Origin: an uncultured bacterium
Lineage (GTDB): Bacteria > Verrucomicrobiota > Kiritimatiellia > RFP12 > UBA3636
NCBI GenBank assembly: GCA_902793555.1
Contig: CADBEF010000008.1
Span: 420 to 64,419 of the forward strand
DNA: 64,000 nt
Reading direction: 5' to 3'
Below are positions 9,786 to 19,423 of the stretch, in pieces. Position 1 is the first letter of the stretch. The number at the start of each line of letters is the position of its first letter. Under the pieces are notes generated by a model. That model was given only the letters and a program-made list of their open reading frames with translations. It was not told where the DNA came from and ran no database searches. Made by a program: the position numbers and the translations under genes.

Positions 9786-9936
9786 GGGAGGGACGAGGGA
9801 CGAGTGACGAAAGACGGGGGACGAGGGAATCGTGGCGGGGAAAACGTTGGAAATCATACACGCAACGGTTCGGATTGTCACGAAGAATCGGGCAAGCGCC
9901 TGGCACGGATTCAAACAGGAATTGGCACAAAAATGA

Positions 9937-9965
9937 TTGAATTGCACATCGCCATCCACTACTAT
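9937..9965 (+). promoter_or_regulatory. Sigma70-like promoter TTGAAT-17-TACTAT in an AT-rich island
   Basis: ttgaat tgcacatcgccatccac tactat. Located ~110 nt upstream of the GH16 start, in the only AT-rich stretch of this intergenic region. Confidence 0.35.
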
Positions 9966-10014
9966 TAATGCTGTCTTCAGGATGAATTCCGACCATCTGC
10001 CCCCACCCGCACCG

Positions 10015-10055
10015 CATTCATCATTCAGCATTCAGCATTCAGCATTCAGCATTCC
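10015..10055 (+). repeat. Heptanucleotide microsatellite (CATTCAG)4 with partial flanking units
   Basis: cattca t cattcag cattcag cattcag cattcag cattcc. Lies in the 5' leader between the promoter candidate and ATG 10074. Confidence 0.95.
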
Positions 10056-10073
10056 ACTCAAATCCTCCCGACC

Positions 10074-11045
10074 ATGAACCGCATCATCCTCGCCACCCTC
10101 CTCCTCGCCGCTGGCGCGGCGCTCGCCGACGGCGCGCCCGATCCGAAAAAGGACCCTCGCCGCACCTACTCCACCGATGGCTGGGAGCTCGCCTGGAGCG
10201 ACGAGTTCAACGGCGCCGATCCGCTCGGCTACCTCGGGAACTGGCAGCACGAGGTCGGGTTCCTCCGCAACCACGAGCCGCAGTACTACACCAGCAACCG
10301 CGTCGCGAACTGCGTCCAGCGGGACGGCGTCCTCACGATCACGGCGCGCAAGGAGAAGTGGCCCAACCCGCTCTACAAGGACCGCGCGCTCGGCGGCTGG
10401 TACCGCCAGCGCGAGTTCGCGGACTACACATCCGCCGACCTCCAGTCGCGCCGCACGTTCCACTACGGGCGCGTCGAGTTCCGCGCGCAGATGCCCGGCG
10501 GCTGGGGCGCGTGGCCCGCGCTGTGGTTCCTCGGCGACTGCCTCCGCAAGCCAAAGGACGACCCCGAATACTACAACTGGCCCTGCTGCGGCGAAATCGA
10601 CCTCGTGGAGATCTGGGGAAACGCGCCGACCGGCGTCAAGGCCTGCCTGCACTCGTCGAAGATCGGCACGCGCGTGAAACCCAACGAGCAGCACACGGTG
10701 ACGGGCGGCGGCGAATTCCGCGCCAACCAGCCCGGCCAGGAGCCCTGGAACGGCTTCCACACCTACACGCTCGACTGGTACGAGGACCGGCTCTACATGT
10801 TCTACGACGGGCACCTCTACGCCGACGTCAACCTCGCCCGCAGCGACTGGCCGGACGGGCAGAACCCCTTCCGCAAGCCGATGTTCATCATCATGAACCT
10901 CGCCCTCGGCGGCTACGGCAACAAGGTCGTCGACGTGGACACCGTGGACGAGAAGAGCGGCAAGACGATTCCCGCCGCGAAGTTCCCGATGGAGCTGAAG
11001 ATCGACTGGGTGCGGCACTACCGCCGCGCCGGCTCCGCCGATTGA
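10074..11045 (+). CDS. GH16 beta-glucanase (laminarinase/licheninase-like), secreted
   Basis: Signal peptide 'MNRIILATLLLAAGAALA'. GH16 catalytic motif 'CGEIDLVE'. Preceded by 'tcccgaccATG'. Confidence 0.9.
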   Translation: MNRIILATLLLAAGAALADGAPDPKKDPRRTYSTDGWELAWSDEFNGADPLGYLGNWQHEVGFLRNHEPQYYTSNRVANCVQRDGVLTITARKEKWPNPLYKDRALGGWYRQREFADYTSADLQSRRTFHYGRVEFRAQMPGGWGAWPALWFLGDCLRKPKDDPEYYNWPCCGEIDLVEIWGNAPTGVKACLHSSKIGTRVKPNEQHTVTGGGEFRANQPGQEPWNGFHTYTLDWYEDRLYMFYDGHLYADVNLARSDWPDGQNPFRKPMFIIMNLALGGYGNKVVDVDTVDEKSGKTIPAAKFPMELKIDWVRHYRRAGSAD

Positions 11046-11064
11046 CGCCATTTCCATCCCGACC

Positions 11065-12384
11065 ATGAAACGAATCCTCCCGATCCTTCTCGTCCTCGCC
11101 GCCGCGCTCTGCGCCCCGCCCGCCGCCCGCGGCGCGGATCCCGCCGCGCCCTACGTTCCGACCTACGACGCCGAAACGGCGTGGTATTTGGGCGAGCTCG
11201 GCGTCACGAACCTTCTCGACGCCGGCATCACCGGCCGCGGCGTCCGGGTCGGCGTCATCGACTTCGGCATGGGCGACATCGTGACGGGAACGCGCACGAA
11301 CGTGCACTGCGCGGCGAAGGCCGGCCGGTCCCGCAAGGCCATGCACGGCCCGGCCGTCGAGGGCATCGTCGCCTCCGACGTCTACGGCATCGCGCCCGAA
11401 TGCGAGCTCTACGTCTACGACGACGGCGACGGCACCGTCGACGACCTGATCGCCGGCTTCGCCTGGTGCGCCTCGAACGGCTGCCGCGTGATTAACTACT
11501 CGGGCGGCGTCCACCGGTTCTCGCGGGGCGTCGTCGACCTTTCGGAGGAGGACGCCGCCGCGAAGCTGGAGGAGCTCCGCGACGCGGTCCGCGCGGCGAT
11601 GGGCGCGGGGTGCGTCGTCGTCGCGGCGGGCGGCAACGCGCCGAACGAGACGCTGACCTGCCCGCAGGACGTCGAGGGCGTGATCAACGTCGGCGGAATC
11701 ACGCGTTCGCGCCAGTCCGCCGGGCTCAACGACAACTGGTCGAAGGACTTCTGCGCCTTCGGCAAGGACGTGCCGGTCTTCGTCTCGCGCTCCGGCGCGA
11801 CCGGCCGGGAGAGCGGCTCGTCCTTCGCCGCGCCGATGGCGACCGGCCTCATCGCGCTCCTGCTGCAGCAGGAGCCCTCGCTCACGCGCGACGAGATCTA
11901 CGGCATCCTGGAATCCACCTCCGCGAAGCTCGCCGAGGGCCGCTCGAAGATCTACGGCTTCGGCCTCCTCCGGGCCGCGCGGGTCCCGGCGGACTACAAG
12001 CGCCAGGCCGCGTTCGACGCCGAGCGCGCCGCGTTCGTGCGCATGACCTCGGCCGAGCTCCTCAACGAGGGCCTCGGCTGGAACGCCGAGCGCGGCTTCT
12101 ACGAGGCGAAGATGCGTCCCGGCGAGTCGATCCGGCTGGAATACCGGGGCTTCCCCGGGAACGCCACCGACACCAACCTCTACTGGTACTGCGGCAACAT
12201 GCCGACCTTTTCGCCGATCGGCCTCGACCAGGTCCTTTCGATCCCCGCGAAGACGAAGCCCGGCGAGTTCCTCGTCTACGACGCCCGCAACGACGCGCGG
12301 CAGATCGTCTGCCGCCTCCGCGTCGACGTCGTCGCGCCCCCGCCCGCGGACTCGGCGCCCGCCGGCGCACCGTCGAAGCGCTGA
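11065..12384 (+). CDS. Subtilisin-like serine protease (S8), secreted
   Basis: Signal peptide. Asp in 'VGVIDFG', His in 'HGPAVEGIV', Ser in 'GSSFAAPMATG'. Preceded by 'catcccgaccATG'. Confidence 0.9.
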   Translation: MKRILPILLVLAAALCAPPAARGADPAAPYVPTYDAETAWYLGELGVTNLLDAGITGRGVRVGVIDFGMGDIVTGTRTNVHCAAKAGRSRKAMHGPAVEGIVASDVYGIAPECELYVYDDGDGTVDDLIAGFAWCASNGCRVINYSGGVHRFSRGVVDLSEEDAAAKLEELRDAVRAAMGAGCVVVAAGGNAPNETLTCPQDVEGVINVGGITRSRQSAGLNDNWSKDFCAFGKDVPVFVSRSGATGRESGSSFAAPMATGLIALLLQQEPSLTRDEIYGILESTSAKLAEGRSKIYGFGLLRAARVPADYKRQAAFDAERAAFVRMTSAELLNEGLGWNAERGFYEAKMRPGESIRLEYRGFPGNATDTNLYWYCGNMPTFSPIGLDQVLSIPAKTKPGEFLVYDARNDARQIVCRLRVDVVAPPPADSAPAGAPSKR

Positions 12385-12490
12385 TCCCGCCCGACCCACC
12401 GCTGCACGCGGGAATTTGCCTTCCCGCGGCGCGCGGATCCCGCCGAGCGGCCGCCCTTTCGCAATCGCGAATTATCTCTAAATCAAACGA

Positions 12491-12520
12491 TTGACTTGAC
12501 GGGGTGGTCTATGGTAGGAT
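12491..12520 (+). promoter_or_regulatory. Promoter candidate TTGACT/TTGACG ... TGGTAGGAT
   Basis: ttgacttgacggggtggtctatggtaggat, ~50 nt upstream of ATG 12570. AT-richer than the flanks. Confidence 0.35.
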
Positions 12521-12561
12521 TCGCGTTGTCGGACGAACACGCCGCTCTCGGTTTCAACAAG

Positions 12562-12569
12562 CCCCCCCC
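12562..12569 (+). repeat. Homopolymeric C8 tract immediately 5' of the start codon
   Basis: caagccccccccATGgca. Confidence 0.9.
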
Positions 12570-15377
12570 ATGGCACCTGGCTATCCGCTCCTCCGTTCAC
12601 GGTCCGCGCTCGCGGCCGCGCTGGCGCTCGCCGCCGCCAGCGCGCTCGCCGCCGTCCCGGACGTTACCGCCTCGCTCGAGTACGTCGGCAATCCCGCCCT
12701 GCACCGCTGGCCCGCCGACTCCTACATGCGCGGCGCGCTCGACCTGCAGTTCCACCGCGGGACGCTCCTCGTCGGAGGCGGCGAGGTCGAGAACAACCGC
12801 GGCCCCGTCCACGTCTACGGAACCGACCCGGTCACGCTCGACGAGACGTTCGAGTACTCCGCCGGCACCGAGGCACTCGCCAACTGCCGCGTCGCGTCGT
12901 GGGGCGAGCTGCTCGCCCCCTCGCAGGACCCGCGCGAGGGCGACCCGAACAACGGCCACGTCTTCATCCGCGCCGCGGACGGGACCTGGTCGCGCCGCTC
13001 GAGCATCGGCGGCAGCGTCCCCTACAAGGTGGGCAGCTCGACCGGCTCCGTCGCCTCCAACACGCACGTCTGGGACATGGAGGAGTTCGATGGGCGCGTC
13101 TTCTCGGCCAGCTACCAGCTCCATTGGTCGACGAACCGTTTCGCCAATTTCACGAACACCGGCTCGATCACGAACGCGTACCGGCCTTTCTACTACATGC
13201 TCTCGGACGGTGGCTACACGTGGTGGTCGCTGCGCCGCCAGATGCAGCTGCTGCGCTTCTCCGGCGACCTCTACGCGGTCCCGAACGCCCTGGTCCAGCC
13301 GAACTACGCCGTCCAGGATTCGAACAAGTGGTACAACAAGGCCGAGGTTTTCCACTGGAACCCGTCGACGCTGAAGTTCGACGAGGGGCGGCAGGCGATG
13401 TCGACGCTCTTCCCGAACATCTCGTCGAACGACTTCCGGCTCGTCCTCTCGTCCTCGGGCGGCAAGACCTGGGACCCGCTGCCGACCGGCACGTATGACG
13501 CGCTGCTCGTGCGCCTCTGGCACACCACGCCGTTCAAGGACCGCGTGCTCTACGTGGGCTGCTACGACACGCAGGCGGGCGAACCCGCCCTTACCTCCTA
13601 CCCGCTCCCGCTCATGGGCTGCTCGGCGTACGTGCAGACGAAGACGAGCTGGGGGACCACGACCAAGACGCTCAAGGCGGACCGCCTCTCGTTCGACAAC
13701 GACAAGGAGGAGTACCCGTGGGACTTCGCGGTCGTCGGCGACACGTGCTACGCGCTCACGTCGAAGCCGAACGCCTCGACGAAGGTCGTGCGCCACTCGG
13801 TCTGGAAGTCGACGAACGGCACGAGCTTCACGCGCGTCTTCTCGTTCGACTTCCACCAGAACATGATCTCGCTTGACTACCGCGACGGCTGGTTCTGGCT
13901 CGGCGTCGGCGTGAAGAACGCGACGCGGGGCTACGCCTACGACGGCAAGGCAGACGAGTCCGGCGCGGTCTACCGCGTGCGCCTCCCGCAGGAGCCGACG
14001 TCCGTCGAGGCGGTCGATCCGCCCGCGACGCTCGCCGAGGGCGGTTCCGCGTCGATCGCGTTCCGGCTGACCGCGCAGCCGTCGAGCAACCTGACGCTGC
14101 GCGTCGCGGCGCGCGAGCGGCGCGGCGTCTCGCTCGACAAGGACTCGCTCGCGTTCACCACGTCGAACTGGAGCACGCCGCAGACCGTGGCCGTGTCGCT
14201 CGCGAACGACGACGTGGGCGACGATTCGCCAATCGTTGTGCAGTGCGGCGCGTTCGGGGACGACGTCCAGCGCGGCGAGTTCTGCAGCCCCGAGGTGACC
14301 TCCTCCGCCGTGCGGCTCGCGCCCGTCGAGAACGACCTGCCCCCCTCGGTGGTGTCCGAATCCGTCGACGTCGGCCCGACGACGGCCTCCTACCGCGTCG
14401 CGCTCGATTCGTTCGGGGCCGTGAACGGCGTCGCGGCGACGTCCGCGTCGGTCGCGGTACGCGTCTACGCGGACGCCGCGCACGCGACGCTCGCCGGGCA
14501 GGCGTCCGGCACGGTCGGCGAAACGGGCGTCGTTCGGGCGTTCCCCGTGGCCGGCCTTGCGCGCGGGACGCGCTACTGGCTCGTCGCCGAGGTCGCCGCC
14601 GCGCCGGGCGTCGTGCATGTCTTCGAGACGGAGTTCCTCACGCCCATCGCCAACCCGGAGGAGCTCGTTGACCTCATGGACGACACGGACAACCGCGAGC
14701 TCACGCTCTCCAACGCCACGTCCGGTGGCGCGGCCGGCCAGGGCGCCTACGACAACACGAACACGAAGTTCGGCGGCTACAACAAGCCGCCGTGGTTCAT
14801 CTACCAGTTCAAGACGCCGGTCGTCGTCAGCGGGATCGGCGTCTGCTCGTCGGGGGAGTCCGACCCCGACCGGAACCCGACCACGATCCAGCTCTACGGC
14901 GCGAACACGACGAACAAGAACGACTTCGTGCTGCTCTTCTCGCGAACGGGCGAGACGGACTGGACCGCGGGCGAATGGCGCCGCTGGCTCGTCGGGAACG
15001 GGACCGCCTACACCTGCTACAAGTTCCAGATGTCGGCCGCGAGCCAGCACGCCTACATCCGCGAGGTCGAGCTCTACGGCACCGGCGCCGGCGGCGAGCC
15101 TCAGAAGCCCGTTTTCCGCGACGCGGCGGACGGCGGTGCGCTCTCGCTTGCCGGCGACGCGCTTTCGCTGAACCTCGTCGCGTGCGAAGCGGACTGCTGG
15201 TACGCGCCCTTCACCAACGGGACCGTCGCCGGCCCCTACTTCGCCGAGCGTGAGGGCGTCCATCCGGAGACGGACGGCACGCTCTCGTTCTTCGTCGCCG
15301 CAGCCGATTCCGCCAAGTTCGTCGTCGTCGGCGCCTCCCGCAGTCCAATCCACGAAGGGGACTTCGTCATCCCATGA
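12570..15377 (+). CDS. Large secreted protein (935 aa), unknown function; C-terminal region resembles an F5/8-type C (discoidin) module
   Basis: Signal peptide 'MAPGYPLLRSRSALAAALALAAASALAA'. Protein-like composition throughout. Stop overlaps the next start (ATGA). Confidence 0.7.
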   Translation: MAPGYPLLRSRSALAAALALAAASALAAVPDVTASLEYVGNPALHRWPADSYMRGALDLQFHRGTLLVGGGEVENNRGPVHVYGTDPVTLDETFEYSAGTEALANCRVASWGELLAPSQDPREGDPNNGHVFIRAADGTWSRRSSIGGSVPYKVGSSTGSVASNTHVWDMEEFDGRVFSASYQLHWSTNRFANFTNTGSITNAYRPFYYMLSDGGYTWWSLRRQMQLLRFSGDLYAVPNALVQPNYAVQDSNKWYNKAEVFHWNPSTLKFDEGRQAMSTLFPNISSNDFRLVLSSSGGKTWDPLPTGTYDALLVRLWHTTPFKDRVLYVGCYDTQAGEPALTSYPLPLMGCSAYVQTKTSWGTTTKTLKADRLSFDNDKEEYPWDFAVVGDTCYALTSKPNASTKVVRHSVWKSTNGTSFTRVFSFDFHQNMISLDYRDGWFWLGVGVKNATRGYAYDGKADESGAVYRVRLPQEPTSVEAVDPPATLAEGGSASIAFRLTAQPSSNLTLRVAARERRGVSLDKDSLAFTTSNWSTPQTVAVSLANDDVGDDSPIVVQCGAFGDDVQRGEFCSPEVTSSAVRLAPVENDLPPSVVSESVDVGPTTASYRVALDSFGAVNGVAATSASVAVRVYADAAHATLAGQASGTVGETGVVRAFPVAGLARGTRYWLVAEVAAAPGVVHVFETEFLTPIANPEELVDLMDDTDNRELTLSNATSGGAAGQGAYDNTNTKFGGYNKPPWFIYQFKTPVVVSGIGVCSSGESDPDRNPTTIQLYGANTTNKNDFVLLFSRTGETDWTAGEWRRWLVGNGTAYTCYKFQMSAASQHAYIREVELYGTGAGGEPQKPVFRDAADGGALSLAGDALSLNLVACEADCWYAPFTNGTVAGPYFAEREGVHPETDGTLSFFVAAADSAKFVVVGASRSPIHEGDFVIP

Positions 15378-17275
15378 AAAAATCGTTCGCAATCCTGCTT
15401 CTCCTCCCGCTCGCGCTTCAGGCGGCGGAGGTGTCCGTCGAGGACGCCGCGACCGCCGCGCGCGCCTGGGTCGATCGCGGCTACGCGATGGGCAAGCTCC
15501 CCGCCGGGCGCACGGTCGCCGGCGTGGACGAGGTCCAGGACCCCGACACGGGCGCGAAGCTGCTCGTCGCGCGCTTCGCGGGCGGCGGCTTCGTCGTCCT
15601 CTCGGCCGACGACCTCGTCGATCCCGTGATCGCGTTCTCCGAGACCGGGACCGGCCTCGACCTCGACGAGGAGAATCCGTTGTGGGCGCTGCTGCGCGGC
15701 GGCATCGCCGAACGCGAGGCGGAGGCGGGCGTCGTCCGCGGCGACGCCGCCGGCGGCGTTCGGCGCGCCGCCGCCGCGAAGGCGTCCGGCGAGACGGACG
15801 CGCAGCGCAAGTGGGCGGCGCTCCTCGCGCCCCGGACGCGCGCGGCCGGCCAGGGCGTCACGACGCTATCCGACGTGCGCGTCGCGCCGCTCATCCGGTC
15901 GCGCTGGAACCAGCTCACGCACACGCACTCCTCCTCCACCGGGCTTCCGTGCTACAACTACTACACGCCGAACGGCTATCCCTGCGGGTGCGGGGCCACC
16001 TCGTTCGCGCAGGTCATGCGCTACTTCGAGTGGCCGACGAACAACGTCCCGACCAACAAATACTCCGTCGCCGTGGACAACGTGGCCGGATACCGGGCCA
16101 TGATCGGCGGACACTACGACTGGTCCAACATGCCGCTCCATCCCTGGGAGGGCGAGATCACCGAGGCGCAGCGCGAGGCGATCGGCCGCATCTGCCACGA
16201 CACGGGCGTCGTCATGAACATGAAGTACGCCCAGTCCGGCAGCAGCTCCCTCATCGAAAGCGGACGCTACGCCCTCGTGAACGAGTTCGGCTACTCGAAC
16301 GCCGTCTCGCGCCAGAAGATCGACAACAACATCGCGATCCTAAAGCAGTGCATCATCCCCTCGCTCGACGCGAAGACGCCCGCCGTGATCGGCATCCGGG
16401 GCAACGCCGGCGGGCACTTCGTCAACATCGACGGCTACGGCTACTCTGACGGCGACTGGTTCATGCACGTCAACGCCGGCTGGGGCTCGGCGACCAACGT
16501 CTACTCCGACGTCTGGTACTGCCCGCCCGCCCTGAACATGCTGGCGCGGCCGGACTACGTCCTCGAGTTCGAGAAGGTCCAGGACTGCGTCTACAACATC
16601 TTCCCCGAACGCACCGGCTCGATCCTGAGCGGCCGCGTGCTGGACCGCGACGGGCGCCCCGTCGCCCGCGCGACGGTCTCGCTCGACAACGGGGACACGG
16701 TCCTCTCGGACGCGAACGGAATCTACGCGTTCGTCCAGGACGTCTCGGCCGACACGTCCTTCACCGTCACGGCCGCGAAGGGCGGCGTCACGGCGTCCGT
16801 CTCCGCGACGCTCGGCAAGTGCGTGACGGGCGCGACCACCCGCCTGGCCGAATCGCTGTCCCAGAACACCTACCTGTTCGTCATGGCCTATCCCGACTCG
16901 CGCCAGCCCGGAAGCTGCGGCAACTCCTACGACAACGACATCGTCCTGCCGGCGTCCGCGGGCGGGATCCCGCCCGACGAGAACGACATCTTCCGACCCG
17001 AGTTCGCGTCGCTCCCGCAGGACGGCGTCGCGCCGCTCGCGTTCGGCGGGACGCCCACGGCTCCGACGTTCATCGTTTCGGTCGGGAACGCCGTTTCCGG
17101 CGTCTGGTACACCGTCTACGCCTCCGACAACGTGGCGACCGGCTTCGCCGCCGTCCTTTCGACCAACGCGCCCGCGGACGGCGTCCTCTCCATCTCGGTC
17201 GACGCCTCCGATCCGACGAAGTTCCTCCGCGTCAAGCCGTCGCTCGAGCCCGTCCAGCCCGGCACGCCGCTCTGA
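15374..17275 (+). CDS. C10-family cysteine peptidase (streptopain/SpeB-like), secreted
   Basis: 'WNQL...PCYNYYTP...GCGATSFAQVMRYFEWP' (catalytic Cys region) and 'GHFVNIDGY' (His). Signal peptide 'MKKSFAILLLLPLALQAA'. Confidence 0.8.
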   Translation: MKKSFAILLLLPLALQAAEVSVEDAATAARAWVDRGYAMGKLPAGRTVAGVDEVQDPDTGAKLLVARFAGGGFVVLSADDLVDPVIAFSETGTGLDLDEENPLWALLRGGIAEREAEAGVVRGDAAGGVRRAAAAKASGETDAQRKWAALLAPRTRAAGQGVTTLSDVRVAPLIRSRWNQLTHTHSSSTGLPCYNYYTPNGYPCGCGATSFAQVMRYFEWPTNNVPTNKYSVAVDNVAGYRAMIGGHYDWSNMPLHPWEGEITEAQREAIGRICHDTGVVMNMKYAQSGSSSLIESGRYALVNEFGYSNAVSRQKIDNNIAILKQCIIPSLDAKTPAVIGIRGNAGGHFVNIDGYGYSDGDWFMHVNAGWGSATNVYSDVWYCPPALNMLARPDYVLEFEKVQDCVYNIFPERTGSILSGRVLDRDGRPVARATVSLDNGDTVLSDANGIYAFVQDVSADTSFTVTAAKGGVTASVSATLGKCVTGATTRLAESLSQNTYLFVMAYPDSRQPGSCGNSYDNDIVLPASAGGIPPDENDIFRPEFASLPQDGVAPLAFGGTPTAPTFIVSVGNAVSGVWYTVYASDNVATGFAAVLSTNAPADGVLSISVDASDPTKFLRVKPSLEPVQPGTPL

Positions 17276-17288
17276 AGAGATCCCCGCC

Positions 17289-18173
17289 ATGAACGAAACG
17301 ACGACAACGACGACGAACAGCGAGCCCCGGCTCGGATTCTGCTCCTGGCTTCTGCGCGGGCGGAGCCTGCCCGGCACGGTCGCGTTCCTGGCGGAGGCCG
17401 GCTACCGCTCCGTGGCGTTCCTGCAGGACGTGATGGGCGTCCGCGGGAGCGAGCGCGACGAGGCCGCCGCCGCGATCCGCGAGCTCGGATTCTCGATCAC
17501 CTACCACGGCTGCGTGCAGTGGTGGGTGGGACAGGACCAGCGCTTCGACGACGCGAAGGTGCAGGCCATGTTCGAGGACGTCCGCTGGTGGCACGAGAAC
17601 GCGGGCGGCGTCGTGTCGTGCTGCTCGGACCGCGTCGCCGGCCCGACCGAGGAGGGCCCCAACCGCCGCTACCTCGAGGGCGAGACGCGCCGCCTCGCGC
17701 AGCGCGAGCGCGACTTCTTCGAGCCGCTCGGCGTCGGCTACGGCATCGAGAACTGCTTCCACCGGTACTGCCTCCACGAGGAGATGCAGGGGCTCAAGGA
17801 CTCGGTCCCCTCCCCCGCCCCGCATCTCGGCTCGATCCTCGACGTCGGCCACGCGTACGTCCACGTCAACGTCGACCGGACGGACGGCATGTCCTTCGAG
17901 GAGTACCTCGACCGCATCCCCGTCCGCATCTGGGAGCTGCACATCACGGACAACCACGGCTCGGCCGACGAGCACCTCGCCCCCGGCGCGGGCACGCTCG
18001 ACTTCCGCGCGCTGCGACGTGCGATGGACCGCCGCGGCTTCGACGGCCCGATCTCCATGGAGGTCTGCAAGGACGCCGCGCACGGCGACAACTGCTTCGA
18101 CCTCTCGAACCCGACGCACCGCGACGCGATCCGGCGCATGCGCGACGACTTCCTCCAACTCTACGTGCCATGA
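17289..18173 (+). CDS. Sugar phosphate isomerase/epimerase (xylose-isomerase-like TIM barrel)
   Basis: 'LHITDNHGSADEHLAPGAGTLDF' metal-binding region typical of the family. 13 nt after the previous stop. Confidence 0.75.
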   Translation: MNETTTTTTNSEPRLGFCSWLLRGRSLPGTVAFLAEAGYRSVAFLQDVMGVRGSERDEAAAAIRELGFSITYHGCVQWWVGQDQRFDDAKVQAMFEDVRWWHENAGGVVSCCSDRVAGPTEEGPNRRYLEGETRRLAQRERDFFEPLGVGYGIENCFHRYCLHEEMQGLKDSVPSPAPHLGSILDVGHAYVHVNVDRTDGMSFEEYLDRIPVRIWELHITDNHGSADEHLAPGAGTLDFRALRRAMDRRGFDGPISMEVCKDAAHGDNCFDLSNPTHRDAIRRMRDDFLQLYVP

Positions 18174-19366
18174 GAAGAACGATCCTCCCCCTGATTTCCG
18201 CCGCCGCGCTTCTTGCGCCGGCCGCCAACGCCGCGGAACCCGCGGCCGCAACCGCCGAACTTCCCGCCTGGCGCGACGCGCAGGGCGCCGGGCGCGGTGC
18301 GTACACGGTCGCCGTCCTCGGCGACACGCACTTCGACGCGGCGCCGGAGTCGGTCTACCATTCGCACTACGACGAGTCCAACCGCTACGCGAAGGTCCAG
18401 CACGAGGAGTTCCGCCGCAACGGCGAGATGTGGGCCCCCGGCGGACGCTGCCGATCGCTCGTCGCCGCCGGCGCGGCGCTCGCCGCCGCGGACCCCGCCA
18501 CGCGCTTCGTCCTGCAGCTCGGCGACCTCGTGCAGGGCGACTGCTACGACGACGGCGACCACCGCCGGATGCTCGACGACGGCCTGGCCGCCGTCCGCGG
18601 CCCCTTCCCCGCGGGCCTGCCGTTCCTCGCGGTCCTCGGCAACCACGACTACCGCGGCGCCGCCAGCGCGCGCGGCGTCACCCTCCGCTGGTTCGACGAG
18701 CTCCTCTCGCGCGAGACCGGCGCGCCGGTCTCCCTCCCGCTCCTCTCCTTCCGCGTGGACGACGACCGCTGGATCCTCTGCGACTTCGAGACGGTGGACC
18801 TCCTCGCCCTCGCGCGCGAGGTCGAGTCCGACCCGGACGCGCGCTACGTGTTCCTCGTCACGCACGGCCCCCTCACCGCGCCGGACGCGGCGAGCTGGCG
18901 CTGGAGCCTCAGCGGCTGGCCGAACAAGGGCGGCTGCGGGCGCGGCGTCCAGGAGCTCTTCGAGGCGGTCTCGCGCCGCCGCGCCATCGTGCTCTCCGGC
19001 CACATGCACTGGACGGCCTTCTTCCGCAACGAGAATCCGCTCGGCGGCTACACCGAGCTCACCGTCAACTCCGTCTGGAAGTCCGACGAGATCGCCACCG
19101 CCGAACCCGTCAACGACACCCCCGCCCAGTACGGCCTCCGCCGCCGCGACAAGGTGAACGCATGGGACCTCAAGGACTACGACGCCGCGATCGCACGCTA
19201 CAAGGCGGGCCTGAAGGAATACTTCCTCGGCCTCGGCGCGGGCCACTACCGCCTCGAGATCTCCGACGACAAGGTCCTTGCGCGCTTCTATCCCGGCGCC
19301 GCGACCGAGCCCGCGCGCACGTTCGATCTAACCCCAGGCAAGCCGCTTTGCGGCCGTGACGAGTGA
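18170..19366 (+). CDS. Metallophosphoesterase (calcineurin-like), secreted
   Basis: 'VAVLGDTHFD', 'LQLGDLVQGD', 'VLGNHDY' motifs. Signal peptide 'MRRTILPLISAAALLAPAANA'. ATGA overlap with the upstream gene. Confidence 0.85.
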   Translation: MRRTILPLISAAALLAPAANAAEPAAATAELPAWRDAQGAGRGAYTVAVLGDTHFDAAPESVYHSHYDESNRYAKVQHEEFRRNGEMWAPGGRCRSLVAAGAALAAADPATRFVLQLGDLVQGDCYDDGDHRRMLDDGLAAVRGPFPAGLPFLAVLGNHDYRGAASARGVTLRWFDELLSRETGAPVSLPLLSFRVDDDRWILCDFETVDLLALAREVESDPDARYVFLVTHGPLTAPDAASWRWSLSGWPNKGGCGRGVQELFEAVSRRRAIVLSGHMHWTAFFRNENPLGGYTELTVNSVWKSDEIATAEPVNDTPAQYGLRRRDKVNAWDLKDYDAAIARYKAGLKEYFLGLGAGHYRLEISDDKVLARFYPGAATEPARTFDLTPGKPLCGRDE

Positions 19367-19423
19367 AGAGTGAAGAGTGAAGAGTGAAGAGTAAAGAGTG
19401 AAGAGTGAAGAATGAAGAGTGAG
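19361..19423 (+). repeat. Heptanucleotide microsatellite (GAGTGAA)n, 9 units (variants gagtaaa, gaatgaa, gagtgag)
   Basis: Overlaps the TGA stop of the phosphoesterase (19364-19366) and contains the first ATG (19412) of the next gene. Confidence 0.95.
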
